Virus record (IMG/VR): IMGVR_UViG_3300035670_000065
Coordinates: 47,993 to 111,992 of that record
From: a virus
Reading direction: 5' to 3' (one strand)
Length of the DNA: 64,000 nt
Part shown: piece by piece, positions 1 to 10,200 of the stretch
How the letters are laid out: the number at the start of each line of letters is the position of its first letter
How positions within the stretch are numbered: the stretch's first letter is position 1
Notes under the pieces: generated by a model
Databases searched by the model: none
The model's input: the letters and a program-made list of their open reading frames with translations, nothing else
Told to the model about the DNA's origin: nothing
Made by a program: the position numbers and the translations under genes

Positions 1-2587
1 TAGTTACTACACCAGCAGATTCGACACCAGGTAAAGTAGATAGTCCATTGATATCAATCGCTACGATTCTGGCATACGTAGTAGTCGCCGCCATTGATCC
101 GCCTGATGCGGATGGAGTTCCTGAAGGAGTTCCTGGGGTGGTTAGTGCAACTATTGTGACACCGTTGGTAATGGAAGTACCTGCTCCCAATAAAGAGGCT
201 GACCCAGTAGTTCCAGATAGTGTAAATCTTGTAGTATTATTAGTTGATAAAGCTATTTGACCTGCTTGCTCTGTAGTAAGCACTAGGGTTCCAGTACCTT
301 TATGGCGTATTCCGGAGCCTGCATTAGTTCCGCCATTATCTCTTATTATACGTAAACCATAATCCGTATAAGTTGTATCTCCTATTAGATCTATATAGGA
401 ATTACCACTACCAGTTCTACCATTTCCTAACTCAATTCTACAAGATCCTGTAGATACAGTAGTATCTCCTACAAATAACTGTCCGGAGCTTACAGTAACG
501 GTGCCTGCCGAGTCAATCCGCATACGTTCAGTTAATGTATTTGTCGCGCCAGCGGTGTAGAACCGCATATTTGACAGGTAGGCACCTTCTACATAACTAC
601 GAATGGAGCCTAGGTAGTTTGCTCCTATAGCAACCATGTCCACGGCGGCGTAATCACTAACATCACCACCCATAACATCAATGGTTATAGCCGCGTTATC
701 CGCTCCAGCCACTCCATCTCTTACATGAAGCTTAGATAGAGGAGCGCTGGCACCTCCTAAAGACATTCTCTGTGTTGAAGTAATTCTCATCGCTTCAGTC
801 GGACTACTCGCACCGTCAGCCGTGGTGCTGAATGCAAGATACGTCGGCATCTCCGTAGTGGTTGGAGTGCTTTCGCAGTAGGCAGTGATGTATGCGCCAT
901 CGCGCATGATTGGGGTACCACCATCAACACCTGAGAATGTTAGTCGTCCAAGAATGTCTCCCGTCTGGACTGTGCCGCCCGTGTAAGTATCGACCGTCGT
1001 TGCGCGGTTGCGGGCAAGAAACAACATTGGGTTATTCGTTGCACTGTTGGCGAAGATGCCAATAGATGATGAAGATGCACTAGAACTGGCTGAGTTGACT
1101 TGCAGTTGAGGAATAAGACCAGCACCGCCACCTTGCGACGATCCCGGTACAGTTGCGCCCACTACAGTTCTTCCGTTCGCATCAATCACAAACGGCGTAC
1201 TATCCGGCGAAGCACTATCCTCCACCACAAACGCATTACCTGTGCCGGTGTTCGTCACCGTCAGCGCAGCACTGGCACTGTTGCTCAATATCGTCGTCGC
1301 GCCTTTGATCGCGTGGGTGTCGGTGGCTTCAGCGTCACCTATAGTTGCATTTCCAGTTATTACTACATCATTAAATACATTACTACCAGATACTGAACCT
1401 AGAGATACAGTCCATAAGGCATAGGTACCGGAACCTGCTATAATAGTTACATCTATAGTTAAGGATCCAGTACCACTATTATAAGCGGTTACTACGCCTG
1501 CCATCCTAGTGGAAGGTACTGTAGTATATGCAATAACTAGGTCCATACCTACTACTATTGCTTTACCTGTTTGAATAGTTAATGTTTTAGAACCTGTCCC
1601 TATAGTTAAACTAGTAGTACTAGTAGCATTAGTACCGGGGGCATTTAAAGCCGTTAGTGCAGAGGCTGCAGCATTAGTGGCGTGTGTACCTGCTGTAGTA
1701 GCTGAATTAGCTGCCGCAGTAGCGGAGTTAGAAGCATTAGTAGCGTGAGTAGAAGCAGTACTAGCCCAGTTAGAAGCTGTAGTTGCTGAGTTAGCTGCAT
1801 TAGTAGCATGAGTAGAAGCAGTACTAGCCCAATTAGAAGCTGTAGTTGCTGAGTTAGCTGCATTAGTTGCTTGGGTAGTAGCAGTACTAGCTTGATTTGT
1901 AGCTGTAGTAGCTGAATTAGCTGCATTAGTTGCTTGAGTGGATGCTGTCGTGGCTGAATTAGCTGCCGCAGTAGCGGAGTTAGAAGCATTAGTAGCGTGA
2001 GTAGAAGCAGTACTAGCCCAATTAGCTGCAGTAGTAGCTGAGTTAGCTGCATTAGTAGCGTGAGTAGAAGCAGTACTAGCCCAGTTAGAAGCTGTAGTTG
2101 CTGAGTTAGCTGCATTAGTTGCTTGGGTAGTAGCAGTACTAGCTTGATTTGTAGCTGTAGTAGCTGAGTTAGATGCCGCAGTAGCTGAATTAGAAGCATT
2201 AGTAGCATGAGTAGAAGCAGTACTAGCCCAATTAGCTGCAGTAGTAGCCGAGTTGCTAGCACTGGTGGCATAGTTGGAAGCTGTTGTAGCCCAATTAGAA
2301 GCTGTTGTAACAGATGCTGCTGCAGAAGTTGCTGCAGAAGTAGACTGTACAGCTACCCATGCTGACCCGTTCCAAACTCTCATTTCTGGAGTTACAGTAT
2401 TCCAATAAATAGCTCCCGTAACTAAAGCAGCTCCTTCATTATCTAAAGTAGGGTTTGCCGCTTTACTACCTAAATATTTTTTATTAAAGTCTGTTAACCC
2501 AGTACTAACTCCAGTAATTTCTGAAGTAGTGGCTAAGGTATTAAGTACATCTATGTAGTCCAGTTGTCCAGGATAAAAAGTGCTCAT
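1..2587 (-). CDS. L-shaped (lateral) tail fibre, runs off the left edge of the window
   Basis: ATG at 2587 reads MSTFYPGQLDYIDVLNTL...KYLGSKAANPTLDNEGAALVTGAIYWNT; the same frame is open at position 2. Ala/Thr/Ser/Asn heptad repeats and ERMRI-type fibre motifs. Missing from the ORF track because no stop codon falls in the window. Confidence 0.85.
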   Translation of the reverse strand, partial: MSTFYPGQLDYIDVLNTLATTSEITGVSTGLTDFNKKYLGSKAANPTLDNEGAALVTGAIYWNTVTPEMRVWNGSAWVAVQSTSAATSAAASVTTASNWATTASNYATSASNSATTAANWASTASTHATNASNSATAASNSATTATNQASTATTQATNAANSATTASNWASTASTHATNAANSATTAANWASTASTHATNASNSATAAANSATTASTQATNAANSATTATNQASTATTQATNAANSATTASNWASTASTHATNAANSATTASNWASTASTHATNASNSATAAANSATTAGTHATNAAASALTALNAPGTNATSTTSLTIGTGSKTLTIQTGKAIVVGMDLVIAYTTVPSTRMAGVVTAYNSGTGSLTIDVTIIAGSGTYALWTVSLGSVSGSNVFNDVVITGNATIGDAEATDTHAIKGATTILSNSASAALTVTNTGTGNAFVVEDSASPDSTPFVIDANGRTVVGATVPGSSQGGGAGLIPQLQVNSASSSASSSSIGIFANSATNNPMLFLARNRATTVDTYTGGTVQTGDILGRLTFSGVDGGTPIMRDGAYITAYCESTPTTTEMPTYLAFSTTADGASSPTEAMRITSTQRMSLGGASAPLSKLHVRDGVAGADNAAITIDVMGGDVSDYAAVDMVAIGANYLGSIRSYVEGAYLSNMRFYTAGATNTLTERMRIDSAGTVTVSSGQLFVGDTTVSTGSCRIELGNGRTGSGNSYIDLIGDTTYTDYGLRIIRDNGGTNAGSGIRHKGTGTLVLTTEQAGQIALSTNNTTRFTLSGTTGSASLLGAGTSITNGVTIVALTTPGTPSGTPSASGGSMAATTTYARIVAIDINGLSTLPGVESAGVVT
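1670..2300 (-). repeat. Tandem 21-nt/63-nt coding repeats (ATTASNWASTASTHATNAANS-type heptads) in the tail fibre
   Basis: Recurring gtagaagcagtactagccca and gctgaattagctgc units; boundaries approximate. Confidence 0.85.
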
Positions 2588-2590
2588 CTT

Positions 2591-3511
2591 TTAAATCTCC
2601 TCAATATCTATCGTGGAACTATACATTTCGTATATAGGATGAGTTACTCCCGGCAACTGAGATAGCTTTCCATATATTTGGTGGGTTTGTTCCTTGGCCC
2701 AATCTGTGCTATTATCAGGAAATAGACTAATAAATAAAGGTTTAGACAACCCATTACCTTTTAATATTCTCATCATCTCTAACCTATCTGACGCATCTAG
2801 CCACTGTAGGTCGAAAGATAAACTATTATAACTAGTATTTCGGACGGTTACTAAATTACCAGACTCACTTCTAACGTGGGAGCTTAGATCTTTGATAGTA
2901 TTAGATAGACCGAAACTTGTATTAAATTTAGGTGACCAATGTCTGCCTATAATCAATCGGGAAGCTTCTATGTACTGTGCGGAGTTACTTGTATCTTCTA
3001 TTTCAATTGATAGAGATGTAACTGCTAGTCCTACAGCTGTAGAGGGTAGCCAAACTCTAGCATACGTTCCACCTCCATAAGAATAACTATTGACCCCTAG
3101 TGGTACAGAACCCCAGTTCCATAAACCTAACTGCTGGTAAGGACAGGCATTTATAGCACCTGTATCAAAGACTGTGGTAGCGCCTGTAGTACTAATTGTA
3201 GGTACAGCCGTTGTTCCAGTATGTGTTGGCGTTGTTCCTGTGTATCCTCGAACTCTAATAGTAGCTACTGAAGATAGATTACAGAAGGGTATAATTATAC
3301 CAGTTAGGGTCTGAGAAGGGAAACTCACTATTAAGTTCGCCTTCGCAGTGTCAGTAGTGCCAGTAGTTAGAGATCTCCACACCAGCGATTTAGCATCTAG
3401 CTTAAGATTAGTTACTACTACCTGGGCCGATGCCGTGCTAGATGGTGTCATAGTGGTAGTGCTAGCATCTACCAGATTTTCGTATATAATTCTTAAGTTA
3501 TTAGATGCCAT
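2591..3511 (-). CDS. Virion tail-tip/baseplate structural protein
   Basis: 306 aa, Thr/Ser-rich, located in the tail module between fibre genes. Confidence 0.55.
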   Translation of the reverse strand: MASNNLRIIYENLVDASTTTMTPSSTASAQVVVTNLKLDAKSLVWRSLTTGTTDTAKANLIVSFPSQTLTGIIIPFCNLSSVATIRVRGYTGTTPTHTGTTAVPTISTTGATTVFDTGAINACPYQQLGLWNWGSVPLGVNSYSYGGGTYARVWLPSTAVGLAVTSLSIEIEDTSNSAQYIEASRLIIGRHWSPKFNTSFGLSNTIKDLSSHVRSESGNLVTVRNTSYNSLSFDLQWLDASDRLEMMRILKGNGLSKPLFISLFPDNSTDWAKEQTHQIYGKLSQLPGVTHPIYEMYSSTIDIEEI

Positions 3512-3520
3512 TTTTACTCC

Positions 3521-3844
3521 TTATTGTTGAGCTCTAAGCGCATCTCGTGCTGTGGCCGCTTGCATATACAGACTATATAAAATTACGTATAGTTCTGTAT
3601 GTGTACAGGTTGTACCTAAAGGTGCTCCTGTTTCTGGATTGAGTAGGTCAATTGATCCATTTTCTGCATCAAAATCTAGTATGCAGGAATCGTTGCCTAA
3701 TCTAGCTAGATTGCTATCAATTAGGGTCACTATTTCCTCTTCGAAAATAGCTACAGGCAATCTACCGTAGTTATTCTTTATAGTTACTGTCTTACATCTT
3801 TGCCACTTAGTACCAGATACTGCAGATTCGTTATAATTTGCCAT
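3521..3844 (-). CDS. Hypothetical tail-associated protein
   Basis: 107 aa, tightly packed in the tail operon. Confidence 0.55.
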   Translation of the reverse strand: MANYNESAVSGTKWQRCKTVTIKNNYGRLPVAIFEEEIVTLIDSNLARLGNDSCILDFDAENGSIDLLNPETGAPLGTTCTHTELYVILYSLYMQAATARDALRAQQ

Positions 3845-3847
3845 AAT

Positions 3848-5710
3848 TTAACCACATAAATAAATACAACCTATCATCTTAACTTCAGTGGGAGAACTAA
3901 ATACTAAGTTCTCTCGTGCTTTTGCCACTGTGTATCCTCGAACAATATCATCAGACTGTTTCATACCTTTTCCAGGTATTGAGGATGCAGTAATTAAATC
4001 ACCTATTTCAATATTACCGTTTTCCCCACATACATTAACCTGTCCTTCTCCCAAAGCATTTATAGCCACTAAGCTATAGTTATTTTTAATAGTATCATAT
4101 TCCGGAATGGGGGTAGGTGCATCTGTGTAGTCTGACTTTATGATGTTAGTAAATACAGCAGGAGTGTACCCAGTAGCTAGTAACTTAGGTATGCTAGCAA
4201 TAACTCCTACGGTACCTTTCTGATTTGGGGATGTAGTTAGTGTTACGCGACATATAATATTTGAAACACCTTTTTTATACACTACTTCAGAGTCTACTAC
4301 AATATCCCCTGTTTCTACAATATCAGATAATGCTAGTAGGGCATCGTGCGCTCCAGTAAATGGTCCATAGTTAGTACCACCACCCTCAGCATAAAAATCA
4401 AAACCATTAGCAGCACCTATTAGACCACCTGTAGACGTTCCACCGTACCTCGTACCTCTAATAGCATGTGCGCTTGCCCCTGCATTATTGGAGGTACCTA
4501 ATATAGCTACATCATTTCCATTATTATCCCCTTTGATGCCAATGGCTCCCGAGGAGTACCCATACACACCAAAAGAGCTGCCTGTGCCATATACACCGTA
4601 AGATCCTCCTGCCCCATAGAGCCCATAGGAGGAGGCGTAGCCGTAGACCCCATAAGTACCTGTAGCTACGTTAGCATAGCTACCGGATGAACCAGTAAAA
4701 TTACCTGCAGTACTACTAGTATTATATCCAATTACTGGAGCTACTGAACCACTCCAGCCTAGCGCAGCGTATGCTCCAGCAAAGGAGAGACTTTCTACAT
4801 ACATTCCTTTTACGGTTGCCTGTAGATTAGTACCATCCCAACGTAGATAGTTAGTAGAACTTCCTATAGAGAACTTGTACGCTCCGCCACTATACCCTAG
4901 ATAGTATCCCGTTCCAGTAGCATAATCTGTCTGGCCCCCCTTCATGTGTCCAGAAGTACCTACAGTTAGAGCACCTGAAACATTTAAAGCTCCAGTATCT
5001 ACAGTAAGAGCGCTTAAAGCACCTACCTTAAAAGTTGCTAGGTAAGAGGGGCTTACCCAAGTATATGATCCGGAAAGTACAGTTCCATCAGCTATGAATA
5101 GCCATTCACTGCTGGATAGGGCTCCTGAAGGTGGTAAAGTATACCAAGTTGTATACCCTGTAGCATTTCCTGCTGTAGGAGCACCTATAGGTACTGCTGG
5201 TGCGGCGGGTAAAGAACCACCACTTTGTATTTTGTAAGCTTTTACGGCTGTTGCACCTGTAGCTCCAGCGGTCCCTGTAGGGCCTGTGGGCCCTTGAACT
5301 CCTGTAGGACCAGTATTACCAGTCTCGCTGTAAGGTACAAACATAGTACCGAATGAACTGAGTATACCTGTCTGTGCCGCAGTAGCTTTATAGTGAACTA
5401 CAGCACCACTACCCTTCTGAGTAAGATAAGTAGCCGAAGATATAACTGCGGTTGCTACAGCGGTCCCAGTGCTAGTAGATATCTGAGTATACGTTCCCTC
5501 GGACCCAGTAGGGCTATAGTAAAACGTAATCAGTGGTGAAGTCATACCAGTGACTGTAGCCGTAAGTGTAATGTTAGCTGGAGTATATCCACCACCATCA
5601 GCTAGCTTAGTCATAGTACCGGAACTAGATGTTAAGGCTACAGCGCTACTTGCTAACCTGTTAGCCGCTGCGTGCAACTTTAGGTCTCTATCGTTAACAA
5701 TGGTTGCCAT
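3848..5710 (-). CDS. Central/straight tail fibre with a collagen-like segment and a C-terminal intramolecular chaperone-like domain
   Basis: GPTGVQGPTGPTG collagen repeat; GVYG repeats; FTGAH...GEGQVNVCGENGNIEIGDLITASSIPGKGMKQ C-terminus. Confidence 0.7.
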   Translation of the reverse strand: MATIVNDRDLKLHAAANRLASSAVALTSSSGTMTKLADGGGYTPANITLTATVTGMTSPLITFYYSPTGSEGTYTQISTSTGTAVATAVISSATYLTQKGSGAVVHYKATAAQTGILSSFGTMFVPYSETGNTGPTGVQGPTGPTGTAGATGATAVKAYKIQSGGSLPAAPAVPIGAPTAGNATGYTTWYTLPPSGALSSSEWLFIADGTVLSGSYTWVSPSYLATFKVGALSALTVDTGALNVSGALTVGTSGHMKGGQTDYATGTGYYLGYSGGAYKFSIGSSTNYLRWDGTNLQATVKGMYVESLSFAGAYAALGWSGSVAPVIGYNTSSTAGNFTGSSGSYANVATGTYGVYGYASSYGLYGAGGSYGVYGTGSSFGVYGYSSGAIGIKGDNNGNDVAILGTSNNAGASAHAIRGTRYGGTSTGGLIGAANGFDFYAEGGGTNYGPFTGAHDALLALSDIVETGDIVVDSEVVYKKGVSNIICRVTLTTSPNQKGTVGVIASIPKLLATGYTPAVFTNIIKSDYTDAPTPIPEYDTIKNNYSLVAINALGEGQVNVCGENGNIEIGDLITASSIPGKGMKQSDDIVRGYTVAKARENLVFSSPTEVKMIGCIYLCG

Positions 5711-7287
5711 TATACAAGTACCTCTACGTCTATTGTGCTATCTAACCAACTAGGTGCTAAACTAATAACTTGCCCTGTAAGTCCATTGGTAAGTCCGAAT
5801 CTAGGATACTTCAAGCTAACTTGTTGACCTAATTTTAAGCCTAGTAACTTAGAAGTACCAGTTAGGGAGTATACGTTGTGCTGCTGCCTATAGTACGTCA
5901 TTATTCTATCAGCTTCTGCAGTAGCATCCGTACCTTTTACTAGCAAAGTATTCTTTTGCTCAGGGTCTATATTTAAGCCATATAGTGCTTTTACGCCTGT
6001 GCCATCCGTTGCAGTTTTTGTTAAGTATTCTGTTGCGTAATCTGTTTTGTGATCCTCAGGAATTGCTGTTAGTAGATCACTTTGCACTGTCCAGTTCTTA
6101 CAGTACCCAATTGTGCATGTGGCACGAACTGGTACACGTTGGGATAAGTTAAAGGATCCTTGAATTATATCATTATCAGTTATTTCTGTAATATCTGAAT
6201 TGACAAACGGTACACCATACTTAAGAAGCTGTAACTTACCTTCCTTAGACATTACCAATTGCGCGCCTACGCTGGCCGCTAGTTCTGAACAGATTGAAAA
6301 GACTGATTCTGACCCAGTAACTTGAACGCCGGTTGGTTGAGTATTAGCCGTTGAAAATGCTAAAAGGTTTGGCAGATCTAAATCTGAGGCTGTAAACCTT
6401 TGGTAAGAGTTGCCGTACTCTTTAACTAATAACGCAATTATTTGTGCAATATTATTAGAGTATGTACTATCCGTAGCACCAGTAGTTAAGTTAATTGACT
6501 TCTGTACTCCTTGAACCGACATTGTAATAGTGCCTGCTGGAGTATATGCCAACTTAAACTTACCACTAGGGGCTGTATAAGTAATACCTGATAGTAGGTC
6601 TCCGGGCCCGTCTTTATCTGTATAAAGTGGAACTCCATTATCTCTAACTTCTATAATACGTTCTGAGTTATCTCTACAGAACATATACTCTAGCTGAGCT
6701 GGATCTACGTATAGAGGTTCTATATTATGAACTTCTCCAAATACTAAAGGTTTAATAGTATCTTGATTAGTTTGTCCGTCTGCCCAGGTTCCATAAGTAC
6801 CTAACTTATCTTCAGTTATAGGGGAATTTAGTTTCTGTAGTTTATCAATAAAACGAATATTTAATAAGCTACGTTTCTTTGAGTCTATATCAGCAATAAT
6901 ACCGCTAAATATTAGTTTGAACTTTGTTTTAAAATCTGCTAAATCTGTGGAGACCCAGAAAGGGTCTCCCAAATATATATTAATGGATTTATTAACCCAT
7001 AGGTACTTTGTATTATCTAACCAATCATCCAATTCTCCATTAGGGTTTAGGATCTCTACATCTCCATAGGACAGCGACGAATCGCTGTCCGATATGGATT
7101 CTGAAAACTTAATCCTATTTCCTAGAACTGGATTAAAACTAACTAGAGAGTCTTCCGTTAGGTAACCAGTGGATGAAAGATACAACGTTTCGCTAGCCCA
7201 TCCGCCACTGTACTTTGAGATAACTACCTCAATAAATAAAGCTTTTATTGCTTTAGGGTCTTCCAACCACGATTGTGAATAAGACAT
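5710..7287 (-). CDS. Baseplate hub/tail-tip protein
   Basis: 525 aa directly downstream of the tape measure; KPLVFGEVHNIEP motif typical of siphophage tail-tip proteins. Confidence 0.65.
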   Translation of the reverse strand: MSYSQSWLEDPKAIKALFIEVVISKYSGGWASETLYLSSTGYLTEDSLVSFNPVLGNRIKFSESISDSDSSLSYGDVEILNPNGELDDWLDNTKYLWVNKSINIYLGDPFWVSTDLADFKTKFKLIFSGIIADIDSKKRSLLNIRFIDKLQKLNSPITEDKLGTYGTWADGQTNQDTIKPLVFGEVHNIEPLYVDPAQLEYMFCRDNSERIIEVRDNGVPLYTDKDGPGDLLSGITYTAPSGKFKLAYTPAGTITMSVQGVQKSINLTTGATDSTYSNNIAQIIALLVKEYGNSYQRFTASDLDLPNLLAFSTANTQPTGVQVTGSESVFSICSELAASVGAQLVMSKEGKLQLLKYGVPFVNSDITEITDNDIIQGSFNLSQRVPVRATCTIGYCKNWTVQSDLLTAIPEDHKTDYATEYLTKTATDGTGVKALYGLNIDPEQKNTLLVKGTDATAEADRIMTYYRQQHNVYSLTGTSKLLGLKLGQQVSLKYPRFGLTNGLTGQVISLAPSWLDSTIDVEVLV

Positions 7288-10200
7288 TAAACCATCCTAA
7301 CTTTTGATCTATCGGCCCAAACTACCTCTGAAACTGCAGTATCTACAGCCTCTGCGACAGCCTCTGCCATTCTATTAGACGAATCATACGTTGAAGTTAT
7401 TAGGCTTCCAGTATGCTTAATCTGCTCTTCTCTCATTCTCTTAACTTCTTCACGAAGATACTTAAGTTCCTGCAACAGTTCGGTATTGTTAGTAGATAAC
7501 ATTCCCATAGTCTGTCCAGCTGGATAAACTCGTGCAGGTGTCGCGAAGTCGACCAACTCAGGACCCTCTTCACCCACTAGAGACATACCACTAGCTAGAC
7601 CACCTCTGGCGTACTGTCTAAATACTTCACCATTCTGTGAGGCTGAATGGGCAAACACACCCTTAATATTAGATAGACCTACTGCTCCTGTCTGCAACTG
7701 GGTTAACCAATAATCATACCCGGCCTGTTCTGGTGCTCTACCTAGACCCTTATAGTATAGGTCGTTTACTATTTCTTTATAGGCTTCGTTGTTAAACGCC
7801 TTAGTAATAGTAGTAGTATCTAAGGCACCTGAAGACAGCTGACCCATCCAGTAATCCATACCAGTGGATTCACCTTTACGCCCTAAGGTATCTTTATATA
7901 AGCCGCTAACTAGATCGTTATAGATATTGGGCTGAGTGTATGATCCTCCTGCTGCTCCTGATCCAGCAGCTATTGCAGCTCCTAGGGTATTTTTAACAGC
8001 ATCCATTGCAATACCTAATTGAGCTGTTAATTGTGCTGTTGTCTGAGTATTAGTAGCAATGATACCTAGAGCATCTAACTGCAGTTGCTCTACGTCTGCC
8101 TGTGCACTTAGAGAAATTGCCGTACTGTCTAGCATCTGTAGTACACTATTGAAGTCTTGTGTATACTGTGCTGAACTAGCAAATAGACCTCTTGAAGCTT
8201 CTAAGAACTTATCACTAACTTCTGGTAGCTTGTCGATTGCTGCTTGTTGGGCAGTTTTCTCTGCTTCCGTTGATCCTCTTGTAAGGGCTGCAATTACTGT
8301 AGCTTCGTACTGAGACTTAGCTTCGCCGTACTTTTGGGTCGGAGTTAGTGTAGAACTATCACTTAGCAGTAATGACTTCTTGTAGTCTCTTAGAGCTTTT
8401 ACGTTATCTCTTAGAACTTTAACTGATTCAGTGTAGGTATCGTTTAGCTTTTCTTGAATCTCTTTCGCATCTTCTAAAGCGTATATATACTCTAGGATAG
8501 GTTTGAACTGTTCGCTGGTTCCTGACAGTTCTTGCTCTCTGGAAATAGCGTTAGCCTGACTCTCTCTGCCTGTTAAGTTATATATGCGTTGCTCTAGGGT
8601 CAACTTCTGATTGTTTAGTGCGAGCTGTTGTTGAGCTACCAGAGCTTTTCTGAACGTACCTATTAGCTTCTCTGTTTCTGAAGTTAGTTGGCCGATATCC
8701 TCAAAGAACTTGGTAAACGCGGCGGTCTGCTTATCTATATCTACTAAAGCTTTCTGAGCTGCGGTACTAGTTATCTCAAATATTCTATCAGTAATCTCTG
8801 TAACTTTATTATCAGCTGCGCGCTTATTTTGAGCTTTGTATAGAGCTAGTTGAGCAGCCGCATAAGTTGAAGTTGAAGAGGTAACTTGTTCTAGCGTTGC
8901 TCCTACTTCTAGTAACTTCGCTGTGTAGTCCTCTACCTTATCATTAACTTCGGCTTGTTGTCTCTCCCAAGTTGATAGTCCTAGACGGGCTAACTCTCTC
9001 TCAGCTTTCTTTGTATCTTCAGCCAGCTGCTTTAGTATGTCGGCCAGTTTCTTGGCTGAATCTTCTGCGTCTTTTTTGGAGTCTTTTTCTGCGTCCTTAC
9101 GTAGCTGAATATCTCGTACGCCAAAATCTGGCATATCTATATTAAATCCACTACTTAAGCTTGCTATAAGATTTTTCCACTCAGGGCTACTTAATAAGGT
9201 TTTAAATACCGTAGATAGCTTAGTAATTTGCTCTTGTGCAGTTGTAATCATACCTGCCACCGATATATTGGAAGCCAGTTTTACAACGCCCTCACCAATT
9301 ACTACATTCTTCATTAGAGGAGTTACAACGGTATTCATAATGATGGAACCTACTTGACTAGCAAAAGTATTGGCTAATCCAATACTTAAACTATCTGCTA
9401 GATAAGTGCCTAATTCCTTACCTACATTTTTTCCATCCTTAAAGGAATCCATTATGTTATCTTGCATTCCACTTATTGAGATTCCGAAAAGTTCGGCCTT
9501 CTTAGCGCCATCTTCTAGTTTCCACAGGCTTTCATATGCTGCAATATTCGCTGAACTTAAGTCTTCTGTCGCTAGTATGTTAGCTCTTGTGCTAGTAGTT
9601 AGAGCCTCCTGAGCCTGGAACTGATCTAACATTCCTCCAGATACTTCCTGTATCGCCACATTAGTGTCAAACAGTAATTGTGCTCTAGCCTCTTCAGCGG
9701 ATGCTACTGCCTCAAATGCGGGCATTACATCAAGTAGGGAGTTTAGTAGATCTATTCCGGCTTGTCCCGTTGTAGAAAGTGACTCAGATACCGTAGTAAA
9801 TGCGCTCTTAAATTCTGCTTTAGTTTTAGGTACTTGTAATCCAAAGTCCTTTAATTGTTTACCAAGTCCAGGTATTGCGTCACCTAGAGCATTATCCTTA
9901 CCACTAGCTGCTCTAGTATCTTGGAAGGTATTGAAGAGTCTGAATCTTACAGGGTCAAGTTTTTCAGTCTCAGTCAAGAAGTTGTCTGTATAGAACTCCA
10001 TCTTTTCAGTGAAGGATTCTAACCCACCTGCTCCTTTAACTAGAGAATCTTGTAGCTTGATTACTTGATAAACAAAAGCTTCTGCGTCATTTGCACCGGT
10101 TCTAGTAGCGTCGGCGAGTTCTTTTTCAGCATCCGCTAATTCTTTAGCGGCACTCTGAACCTCCTTACTAGAGGACGTTAACATGTTATTTGCTAGTACT

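Noticed and set aside
1654-2271. 205-aa Leu/Gln-rich ORF in the ORF track
   Set aside because: Alternative frame of the repetitive tail-fibre gene; the real frame starts at 2587.
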